Virus record (IMG/VR): IMGVR_UViG_3300038674_000085
Span: 1-29,312 of that record
Source of the DNA: a virus
Taxonomy: Duplodnaviria; Caudoviricetes
Reading direction: 5' to 3' (one strand)
Length of the DNA: 29,312 bases
Positions 16,112 to 24,173 of the stretch are shown piece after piece. The notes below the pieces were generated by a model, which saw only the letters and a program-made list of their open reading frames with translations, had not been told where the DNA came from and searched no databases. The translations under genes and the position numbers were made by a program. Position 1 is the first letter of the stretch. Every line of letters begins with the position of its first letter.

Positions 16112-16577
16112 GTGTTCATTGGATTCGAAAAGACAGCACAAATATAAGGGAAAACAATTTAGAAAATATAGGCATATAGCACACGAAACGTGTGATTGAG
16201 ATAGAAATGTAGGTTATTTAACAAGTGTTTAATTTATGTGTATATTGCATAAACCGAGGTATACACAAAATACACACCATTCGCTATATAGTGTAGATGC
16301 ACTGTATATATATTGATCTTAATTCGTACTTTGATAACTAAATATTGCGACAGCGCGGTGAGGCAATCTATGTGTGCCCCGATAATGGGCCGTTGTACGA
16401 TGGCAGAATAACCTATTGTGATGATAGGCAAAGGCTGCGAAGGGCAGGCGGCGACCGGGAAAATTGATGAGTGGGTTTAAGAACCTTTATCTCTTGATGC
16501 CAAAAGTCCGCATAACATTTTTCACAAAGACCAATTGAAAAGACATTCAATGCCTACATTATAGGAGGCTTATTTAT

Positions 16578-17009
16578 ATGATGATCGGGCGAATTTGCAA
16601 GATTCAAATACTGACCAAGAAAGGACCTAAGGAAACCACAGGCGTATTTCTAGGCAGAGATAAAGATAATCAACTCTGGCTTTTGTGCTTCAGACATAGA
16701 GAAGATAAAGAGTATGAAGATAAGATCATGAGCAAGGGTGACAACGGACACGAAGATTTAGAAATAGCCTATACACTTATAAACAAGGGCAATGCCTGGT
16801 TCAGTCCAGATGTCGTTGTTCTTAGAGAGTACGGACAGGCAGACGAGAAAGATTTATGCAGGGCAATGATAAACATATATTCTAGCCCTGAAACATGGAA
16901 ACTAGATCGTTGCCATAAGGCTAAAGAAGTGAACGGAATCAAGTTTTGGCAGAACTTGTGTATTCCTAAGGGTGCACAAGTCATTGGTGGTAAATACGGA
17001 AAACTTTAA
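16578..17009 (+). CDS. Hypothetical protein, first early gene
   Basis: 143-aa ORF with a perfect AGGAGG RBS; no family recognised. Confidence 0.75.
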   Translation: MMIGRICKIQILTKKGPKETTGVFLGRDKDNQLWLLCFRHREDKEYEDKIMSKGDNGHEDLEIAYTLINKGNAWFSPDVVVLREYGQADEKDLCRAMINIYSSPETWKLDRCHKAKEVNGIKFWQNLCIPKGAQVIGGKYGKL

Positions 17010-17033
17010 TCAAACAGATAAGGAGAGATCGAG

Positions 17034-17174
17034 TTGAGCGATAAAAGATATTTGACTGTAAAAGAGTACGCTGATCTTATGCGGATTAGTACAGCGACCG
17101 TTTACAGATTGGTGAGGACGAAGCAGATAGTTTTTATACGACAGGGCAGACAAATAAGAATACCTGCCGATTGA
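17034..17174 (+). CDS. Excisionase-like HTH_17 DNA-binding protein (not in ORF track)
   Basis: TTG start after AAGGAG; MSDKRYLTVKEYADLMRISTATVYRLVRTKQIVFIRQGRQIRIPAD. Confidence 0.85.
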   Translation: MSDKRYLTVKEYADLMRISTATVYRLVRTKQIVFIRQGRQIRIPAD

Positions 17175-17195
17175 TACATCTAAGGAGTATGTATT

Positions 17196-17366
17196 ATGGC
17201 TGATATAGCAACAGTTACCGGACACAAAGCCAATGGTAGAACAGGTTTTAGATACTGGGAATTAGACGCATATTACGAGAACTGGGCGGCATTGTACGCT
17301 TGCATCTTCAACGAGAAACTGTGCGTTGACCAGGCAATCAAAATAATACAGGGAAAGGCAAGGTGA
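17196..17366 (+). CDS. Small hypothetical protein (not in ORF track)
   Basis: AAGGAG RBS; 56 aa, MADIATVTGH...YENWAALYACIF...QGKAR; fills the gap in the operon. Confidence 0.7.
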   Translation: MADIATVTGHKANGRTGFRYWELDAYYENWAALYACIFNEKLCVDQAIKIIQGKAR

Positions 17367-17373
17367 TAATCAT

Positions 17374-17682
17374 ATGAGCAACGAAATTAGAGAGAATGAA
17401 GAAGATTTCAACTTAGTAGACATCGGCAAGAGGATTGAGGTAACTCTCAACGACAATCAAGAGGTTGTTGCCTATGGTAGTCCTGACCTTAGCCTTATTG
17501 ATATTTCAGTGTTAATAGGCAATTCAATTGCCATTTTCGCTGAAGATATCTCAAATAACAACGGAGATCGGTCGGCAGTTGCATACCTTGAATACATTCG
17601 AGTTTGCCAAGAAACTGCGATCAAGAAATACAAGGAGAAAATCAAAGAGGAGGGCAAGAAAAATGCAAGCACCGAGATTTAA
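17374..17682 (+). CDS. Hypothetical protein
   Basis: AGGTGA RBS; 102 aa; tight operon packing. Confidence 0.65.
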   Translation: MSNEIRENEEDFNLVDIGKRIEVTLNDNQEVVAYGSPDLSLIDISVLIGNSIAIFAEDISNNNGDRSAVAYLEYIRVCQETAIKKYKEKIKEEGKKNASTEI

Positions 17683-18145
17683 TGTAAAAAAGACTTGTGA
17701 GAACTGCTTTCATGGCGACAAGGATAAACTTCTCTATCCATGCTCTGATTGCGAATCATTCTCACAATGGCAGACCACATATAAGTGCACCGACAATTGT
17801 GTTGTGTTTCCAGAGAACGAGGATAAGCCCTTATTCTCGCAAATCAACTCTGATTGGGAAACACAGAGTTTTAGAACGAGAAAACACATGCTTCTGCTTG
17901 AGGAATTGAATAAGACTTATTCACAGAAAAATACGGATTATGGCGATTCTTTTCACAAAACATTTACCGAAGAAGGGTTTGCCATGTCAAGGATTAGATT
18001 GTCTGACAAGCTAGAAAGATTCAAGACACTTTCCAAAACAAGCGATCAGCAGGTCAAAGATGAATCGATAGTTGATACACTTATGGACCTTGCTAATTAT
18101 GCCGTTATGACAGTCATGGAGATCGAGAGGTCGAACAGTGATTGA
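17663..18145 (+). CDS. Nucleotide modification associated domain 1 (Nmad1/DUF1599) protein with N-terminal Cys motif
   Basis: KNTDYGDSF...IRLSDKLER...ESIVDTLMDLANYAVM; CENC...CSDC; GAGGAGG RBS before ATG 17663. Confidence 0.85.
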   Translation: MQAPRFNVKKTCENCFHGDKDKLLYPCSDCESFSQWQTTYKCTDNCVVFPENEDKPLFSQINSDWETQSFRTRKHMLLLEELNKTYSQKNTDYGDSFHKTFTEEGFAMSRIRLSDKLERFKTLSKTSDQQVKDESIVDTLMDLANYAVMTVMEIERSNSD

Positions 18146-18755
18146 CTTTAGCAAACTGGCTGAGGGTGTAGTGTTCGAGGATGAAGGTCATAGGTATTCC
18201 CGGAACGGCATAACAATGCAGTCAGTTACACAGATCATTAAACCAATATCTACTATGATATATGGCGGCATTGATGATTATGTTCTTTCGGTTGCTGCTG
18301 AACGAGGTACTAAAGTTCATGATGCGATTGAACTACATCGTAAGTACGAGTGGGAAACCGACGATGAAGAAATCAAGAACTATCTTGACGCGTACAAACA
18401 GTACGTTCAAGACTATAAGCCGGAATCGTTAGCAACAGAGGCCACGATTAGTCACGACGGATTCAATTATGCAGGCCGAATAGATGCAATAAACAAGTGT
18501 GAGGAGGGCATAGAGATAGTCGATTATAAAACTACGGCTATTGCTCATGTGCCGTTGTTCATATTGCAATTGTGCGGCTATTGGCTCGCTTTTGAATCAA
18601 AGGGCATTATCCCAACAAAAGCGACCATTGTTCAGCTGCAAAAAACAGCGGAGTATAACGTATTTACATTTGATGCAACAGACATAAAGAAAGCTAGAAC
18701 AGACTTTATGAGCTGTCTGCAATTATCGACATACAAGGAGAGGTGGAAAATCTAA
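18138..18755 (+). CDS. PD-(D/E)XK (Cas4/RecB-like) exonuclease
   Basis: SVTQI, AAERGTKVH, YAGRID, IVDYKT and QLCGY motifs. Confidence 0.85.
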   Translation: MIDFSKLAEGVVFEDEGHRYSRNGITMQSVTQIIKPISTMIYGGIDDYVLSVAAERGTKVHDAIELHRKYEWETDDEEIKNYLDAYKQYVQDYKPESLATEATISHDGFNYAGRIDAINKCEEGIEIVDYKTTAIAHVPLFILQLCGYWLAFESKGIIPTKATIVQLQKTAEYNVFTFDATDIKKARTDFMSCLQLSTYKERWKI

Positions 18756-19451
18756 ATGAATAAAATTGTAGCAAAACCGGTATTTGACACTATGGAAATC
18801 GGCAAGCTAAAAGCATCGGTTGAGAAGATCGGAGATCAAGCTAAGTCAATAGTTATTAAGGGCGCAGAAGATTATACAGCTGCCGTTCAGTTGACTAAGG
18901 CCACAAAGATTGCCTCAAACCAGATAACAAAGTTTTTCAAGCCAGCTAAAGACGAGGCGAACGCGGTCGTTAAGGAAATTAGAGAAGAAGAAAAGAAACT
19001 TTTATCTCCCTTGCAATCTGCTGAATCAGACATAAAAACAAAGATACTTGACTATCAGAGAGCCGAACAAGAACGACAGAGAGCCGAACAAGAGATCATT
19101 GCTGAACGCAAGCGTAAAGAAGCTGAAAAGCTAATGGAAATGGCAATTGAAGCTGAGAGCGATGGAAACGCCATCGAATCTGCCATCTTACAGGAACAGG
19201 CTGTTGAGGTTGAGTTGACACCGGTCGTTACTCAAGACTTTGTGCCGACAGTTGCGGGTGCAAGCGTTAGAAAAACATGGACTGCCGAGATTGAGGACGA
19301 GAGCAAAATACCTATTGAGATAAACGGTATGATGATCCGTCCGGTTGACACTAAACTGCTGAACAGTCTTGCATCATCAACCAAAGGAACAATGAAGATT
19401 CCAGGCGTGAGATTCTATCAAAAAGAAACACTGGCGATCAGAACAACCTAA
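18756..19451 (+). CDS. Coiled-coil phage recombination-module protein
   Basis: Long coiled coil ending RKTWTAEI...IPGVRFYQ; located between the nuclease and RecT. Confidence 0.65.
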   Translation: MNKIVAKPVFDTMEIGKLKASVEKIGDQAKSIVIKGAEDYTAAVQLTKATKIASNQITKFFKPAKDEANAVVKEIREEEKKLLSPLQSAESDIKTKILDYQRAEQERQRAEQEIIAERKRKEAEKLMEMAIEAESDGNAIESAILQEQAVEVELTPVVTQDFVPTVAGASVRKTWTAEIEDESKIPIEINGMMIRPVDTKLLNSLASSTKGTMKIPGVRFYQKETLAIRTT

Positions 19452-19563
19452 ACACAAAGGCTTTTTTATGCCCTTTGAATCAACAAAATCATAAATATCG
19501 TTTAAGTAATTAAACAGAATCGGTATTTGTGTAAATTTTATTCAACGTTACGAGGTAAGAATT

Positions 19564-20157
19564 TTGGACAAACAAGATAGAATGTTTTTGTTGCTGAGTG
19601 TTATTGCATTGGCCTGTATCGTGGATAGTCCGCTCTGTATGCCGCCTGAGCCTTTGAGTAATGAAATTACATTACTTAGCGATTCAGAGCCGACAGAGAG
19701 CCGTGCAGAGCCAAACAGGACTATTGCGGAAACACTAGCTACTCTCACTGAGTTGGAGAGGGATGTTGAAAGGGAGGTATCTAGGCATGATGCCGGAACG
19801 GTAATCGAAACTACTGAATTAGAGGAAACGACCGTTGAATCTGTTGTTGAAGATATAAACGATATTGAGTGGCTTGATTTTCAGGCCACTTTTTATATCA
19901 AATACGGACCTGGAATGAAAGGTGACGGAATCACATACACAGGAACTATGGCAACAGAGGGCAGAACAATAGCAGTCGATCCTAACGTTATCCCCTTAGG
20001 TACAAGGGTTTATATAGACGGTTACGGCGAACGCATAGCAGAAGATACCGGCGGTGCTATCAAGGGCAACAAGATTGATATTTATGTCGATGATGTTTCG
20101 AGCATACCGCCAGAGGGAATCATAAGCATACGATTAAGAATTTTGGAGGATAACTAA
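19564..20157 (+). CDS. Exported or membrane-anchored 3D-domain protein (MltA-like)
   Basis: Hydrophobic N-terminus, acidic linker, TIAVDPNVIPLGT...AEDTGGAIKGNKIDIY. Confidence 0.88.
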   Translation: MDKQDRMFLLLSVIALACIVDSPLCMPPEPLSNEITLLSDSEPTESRAEPNRTIAETLATLTELERDVEREVSRHDAGTVIETTELEETTVESVVEDINDIEWLDFQATFYIKYGPGMKGDGITYTGTMATEGRTIAVDPNVIPLGTRVYIDGYGERIAEDTGGAIKGNKIDIYVDDVSSIPPEGIISIRLRILEDN

Positions 20158-20162
20158 TAACT

Positions 20163-21053
20163 ATGGCAAATAAACTTATTCCAATGAACCAATTTTTACA
20201 GCAGCCCCAGGTAAGTAATTACATTGAATCGCTCTTGGGTGAGCGCAAAGGACCTTTCATGGTGGCAATGACCACACTTGCCAATTCATCACCGGCTATA
20301 AAAGAGTGCGAGAGAAATAGTTTGCTGTCCGTTGCCCTGACTGCAACAGGATTAGGACTTGAACTTAATCAGAACTTTGGTCAGGCATGGTGTGTGCCTT
20401 ATAACGACAAGAATACAGGAAGCAAGCTCGCTACATTCCAGATCGGTGTAAATGGCTACAAACAGCTTGCTATGAGAACAGGCCAGTATAAGAAACTAAA
20501 TGCTGTACCTGTTTATGCTAATCAATTCAAAGGCTACAATGCTCTGACGGAAGAACTCAATGCAGATTTTTCAGTAGACGGGGTCGGCGATCCGGTAGGG
20601 TATGTTGCTTTCTTTGAGCTTCTAAACGGCTTTACTAAAACAATTTATTGGTCGAGAGAAAAATGCGAGGCTCATGGCAAGAGGTTTTCTAAGGCATATA
20701 ACACTTTCTGGACTAAAGATTTTGACGCTATGGCACTTAAAACAGTAGTAAAGCATCTGATAAAGAACTGGGGCATCATGTCAACAGAAATGAATACGGC
20801 TATAACAAGAGATCAGGCAAGCATCAGCGTTGACTTTGAAACCGGAGAAGAAACTATCAGTTATATAGATAATCCAGAAAATAGTGAGCCTGAGGAGTTT
20901 GCTTCAAAAGAAATGGCTGCCGCTCTGCTTGAAAAATACGGTCCTGCTGCGGTCAAGACAAGCCTAAAAACACTTAGCATACCCGATGTAACTAAAATAC
21001 CGATGGAACGCTATCAAGAGCTTGTAGACGACCTTGAAGCGCATATGATTTGA
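20163..21053 (+). CDS. recT: RecT-family single-strand annealing protein
   Basis: GQAWCVPY, FQIGVNGYKQLAMRTGQY and FDAMALKTV motifs. Confidence 0.9.
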   Translation: MANKLIPMNQFLQQPQVSNYIESLLGERKGPFMVAMTTLANSSPAIKECERNSLLSVALTATGLGLELNQNFGQAWCVPYNDKNTGSKLATFQIGVNGYKQLAMRTGQYKKLNAVPVYANQFKGYNALTEELNADFSVDGVGDPVGYVAFFELLNGFTKTIYWSREKCEAHGKRFSKAYNTFWTKDFDAMALKTVVKHLIKNWGIMSTEMNTAITRDQASISVDFETGEETISYIDNPENSEPEEFASKEMAAALLEKYGPAAVKTSLKTLSIPDVTKIPMERYQELVDDLEAHMI

Positions 21054-21067
21054 TGGAGGTTTACCCG

Positions 21068-21964
21068 ATGAAAGTTAAGGTTGGCGATAAGGTACGTTAT
21101 AACGGCATAGGCGGTTCAAACAAAGAGCTTAAAAAAGGGAATGTGTATGAGGTAATTGCTCTGAGTACTACTATGAAAGATTGGATTTACGTTAGGTCGG
21201 ATAAAGAATCTATTTATGACGGGTCAAACGCAAGTGAGAAAATTGCTCAACCGTTCACTTATCTAGCTGAAAATCAATATGAGGTCGTTAAAGAAACGCC
21301 AATGGCTGAGATCAAGCCGGGCGATAAAGTTAGGTTGACTGACAAGTTTTATGAGCATGAGGCATTCAAAAGCGACAAGCGATACATGAGAAAGCAGATT
21401 GCAAGCCTTGCTGGGAGAGAGTTTAAGATAACCGCTATTCTCTTTGGCAGGGCGCATACAGCGACCGACATCAAGTACACGATCCCCATTGAACTACTCG
21501 AAAAAGTTGAGGCGTTGCCGAAAAATCCGAAGCCGGGTGATTTATTCAAGGTTATCAACAAAGGCAATGGCTACCATAATTTTGAGCTTGGTGAAGTCGT
21601 TGAATTTGTTGAGGTTGATCGATCTGGAATGTATGAACTAAGAGGGTACATCAAGAGAAAAAATGAGGTTGGAAATCAGATATTATACTCGTCAGACCTC
21701 GAGCCATACGACGGCAAACACCGCTACACCGACGAGCAAATAGCGGAAGCAGAACAAATCATAGGTAAGATAGTTGCAAGTCTGCCGGACTGGAATAACT
21801 ACGCATTTTCTACCATTGGTCGCAAAACGGCTGTATATGAAAACGACGACAAATCAAAAGGTGAAGATGCCATGTGCAGAGAAACAGACGAGTACAACAA
21901 AACAATTGGGCGAATGATTGCACTTTGTAACCATACAGGCTACAAGCGCCCTGACTGGTTGTAA
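21068..21964 (+). CDS. Hypothetical multi-module protein with repeated KOW/SH3-like units
   Basis: Repeats KVKVGDKVR, EIKPGDKVR, NPKPGDLFK and FELGEVVE; GGAGG RBS before ATG 21068. Confidence 0.7.
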   Translation: MKVKVGDKVRYNGIGGSNKELKKGNVYEVIALSTTMKDWIYVRSDKESIYDGSNASEKIAQPFTYLAENQYEVVKETPMAEIKPGDKVRLTDKFYEHEAFKSDKRYMRKQIASLAGREFKITAILFGRAHTATDIKYTIPIELLEKVEALPKNPKPGDLFKVINKGNGYHNFELGEVVEFVEVDRSGMYELRGYIKRKNEVGNQILYSSDLEPYDGKHRYTDEQIAEAEQIIGKIVASLPDWNNYAFSTIGRKTAVYENDDKSKGEDAMCRETDEYNKTIGRMIALCNHTGYKRPDWL

Positions 21965-21970
21965 TTTCCT

Positions 21971-22837
21971 ATGAAACATACATTTGATGTGCGTGCGGCA
22001 GTCGAATACGGATTAGAGGAAGCAATCGTTTTGGAGAATTTCTACTATTGGATAAAAAAGAACCAAGCGAACGAGAAGCACTTCTATGATGGCCGGTATT
22101 GGACATACAATTCTCAAGAAGCACTTTCAGCCTTGTTTCCCTATTGGAACAGGGCTAAGGTACAGAGAATTTTACAAAGATTGTGTGATAAAGGTTTGAT
22201 GGTAAAAGGCAACTACAATAAGGTCGGATATGACCGTACAACGTGGTATTCCCTTACGGACAAGGCATTGTTCATTTTTGAACAATCCATTGTTCAGAAT
22301 TGCACAATCCATTGTTCAGATATGAACAATCCATTGTTCAGAAGTGAACAACCTATACCAGATAATAAACCATATATAAACACAGATATAAACACAGATA
22401 CTTGTGTGTATTCGGCTGCATTTGAGGAATTTTGGAAAGTCTATCCAAGAAAAGTGAATAAAAAAGGTTCTTGGCAAAAGTACGCTACTTGTCTAAGAAA
22501 AGGTTATACGGATCAGCAATTGCTTTCTGCGGCTCAAGAGTATGCCTGTGAGTGCGAGGAACAGCAGACCAATGAAGTTTACATCAAACACGCCGCAACG
22601 TTTCTAGGACCGTCTGAGGCGTTTGTAGACTATGCTGATAAGGCGGCGGCAAAGGTGGCTCTTGCTGAGAGAATTAGACAGGCAAAAGAATTGGCGGCAA
22701 AACAGCGTAAAGAGGAGGAACGCAAGGCCAAGGAAATGTTGGATAAGGGCGATGGGCTTATGATATGGGATATTATAGGCAAAGCCGAAGATGATAGTGA
22801 TAGCGGAACGGGCGACAGCAACGGAGGGAATGAGTGA
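21971..22837 (+). CDS. Phage replication initiator (replisome organiser)
   Basis: N-terminal wHTH (YDGRYWTYNS..L..LFPYW); C-terminal FEEFWKVYPRK...YIKHAATFL; internal iterons; upstream of DnaB. Confidence 0.88.
   Translation: MKHTFDVRAAVEYGLEEAIVLENFYYWIKKNQANEKHFYDGRYWTYNSQEALSALFPYWNRAKVQRILQRLCDKGLMVKGNYNKVGYDRTTWYSLTDKALFIFEQSIVQNCTIHCSDMNNPLFRSEQPIPDNKPYINTDINTDTCVYSAAFEEFWKVYPRKVNKKGSWQKYATCLRKGYTDQQLLSAAQEYACECEEQQTNEVYIKHAATFLGPSEAFVDYADKAAAKVALAERIRQAKELAAKQRKEEERKAKEMLDKGDGLMIWDIIGKAEDDSDSGTGDSNGGNE
22266..22400. repeat. Replication origin: four 22-bp palindromic iterons plus an AT-rich 12-bp tandem repeat
   Basis: CATTGTTCA-N4-TG(A/C)ACAA(T/C)C at 22266, 22288, 22310 and 22332; TATAAACACAGA twice at 22375-22398. 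Confidence 0.85.
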
Positions 22838-22861
22838 TGCGGTATTGACTACAGACAGTTA

Positions 22862-24163
22862 TTGCCGACTAAAGAATTAGAAAAAATAATATTAGGCGGC
22901 ATGATAGCGCAAAGGACTGCGCTTGAAAAAGGAATAGTGGACCTGCTAGAAGAAGATTTTTCCGATGAATCTAGCAGGTCTTTATTTATGCTGATAAAGA
23001 AGTTAGCCAAAGAGAATGATAACAAAATTGATTACGGTATGGTTATCGTTGAGGCTAATAAAAACAATGTCAGCTCAAGCTATGTCAGTGAGTGCGATAC
23101 ATTTTATAACGACAAGATATTGTTACAGGATCAGTTAAAAGATAGAATCGGTGATCTTCAGCGTGTGTCTGATCTCAGGTTCGCATATGTTGAGGCAATG
23201 TCGCTACTAAAGGACATAAAAGACCAAAAGATAACTGATCAGATATTTGTCGCTAAGAGAATAAAAGAAATAGCTACGGATATAGAAAATAGGCATGACC
23301 TGAAGAATCTGGAATACTACGGTGATGATGCTAAGCAGTTGATCAATCGCAGAGTTGCGGCTAGGCGTGGGGCTGTGCTTTTCGGAATGAAAGGTGTAGA
23401 CGACATTATAGACGGTATGCAAAAAGGGCAGCTGATTATCGTTGCTGCTAGGCCGGGCGTTGGCAAGTCTGCACTGGCACTAATACCCATAGTATCAGTT
23501 GCCAGACGAGGCGAGCCGGTCAAAGTTATGTCAATCGAAATGACTAAGGACGAATACGGCGAACGACTGTTAGCCATGATGTCAGGCGTTCCGATTGGCG
23601 CTCTGGTAGGCAAACAGCCTATCTCGCAAACTGAATCTATTGATTTGGTAAACGCAATGATAGAACTTTCTAACCTGCCTATTTCTATAGACGATGCTAG
23701 CAGAACTATTGATGATGTCGAAAAGGCTTTTATAACCGCTAAGGGGGCTAAGAAACCGATTCGACTAATGGTGATAGACCATTTTGGGCTAATGAAATCT
23801 GATCGGTACAGAAAATCTAAATCGGAAGAACTCTCAGAAATATCAAACGAGTTAAAACAGGTGGCCAAGCGGCATGAGGCAACAATAATACTGTTATCTC
23901 AGCTTAATCGTGAGCATGACAAGTTTACTAGACCGGCGGCGGGTAATCTGCGTGAAACCGGTTCGCTTGAGCAAGACGCGGATAAGATACTGTTTCTCTG
24001 GCTTGATAAGGACGATCCGAAGCTAACGCATTTGGCTGTTGATAAAAACAGACAGGGCGTAGGCTATGGCGAGGTTGAACTTATTTTTGACGGTTCTCGT
24101 ATGAGGTTTTCTGAGCAAGATGATTATACGGCCGAGAATGGAATATCGGTCGATGATGTGTAG
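22862..24163 (+). CDS. dnaB: Replicative DnaB-like helicase (start uncertain)
   Basis: AARPGVGKS Walker A; SIEM, VIDH, LSQLNR, LRETGSLEQDAD and KNRQG motifs. Confidence 0.93.
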   Translation: MPTKELEKIILGGMIAQRTALEKGIVDLLEEDFSDESSRSLFMLIKKLAKENDNKIDYGMVIVEANKNNVSSSYVSECDTFYNDKILLQDQLKDRIGDLQRVSDLRFAYVEAMSLLKDIKDQKITDQIFVAKRIKEIATDIENRHDLKNLEYYGDDAKQLINRRVAARRGAVLFGMKGVDDIIDGMQKGQLIIVAARPGVGKSALALIPIVSVARRGEPVKVMSIEMTKDEYGERLLAMMSGVPIGALVGKQPISQTESIDLVNAMIELSNLPISIDDASRTIDDVEKAFITAKGAKKPIRLMVIDHFGLMKSDRYRKSKSEELSEISNELKQVAKRHEATIILLSQLNREHDKFTRPAAGNLRETGSLEQDADKILFLWLDKDDPKLTHLAVDKNRQGVGYGEVELIFDGSRMRFSEQDDYTAENGISVDDV

Positions 24164-24173
24164 GAGATAATAA

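Noticed and set aside
16372-16520. Group II intron (starts GTGTG) or hammerhead ribozyme (TTGATGAG)
   Set aside because: No domain V/VI, no RT ORF and no interrupted gene. The hammerhead core CTGATGA...GAAA is not properly formed.
16112-17009. Type III toxin-antitoxin locus
   Set aside because: No tandem antitoxin repeats or terminator before the ORF, and no recognisable ToxN/CptN/TenpN motif.
19056-19093. 17-bp direct repeat CAGAGAGCCGAACAAGA
   Set aside because: The 21-nt period is a single heptad duplication in a coiled coil; there is no sign of a regulatory or mobile role.
22266-22353. CRISPR or mini-array
   Set aside because: The units abut with only 4 variable nt and lie inside the initiator ORF, which fits iterons. 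The PD-(D/E)XK nuclease is a common stand-alone phage gene.
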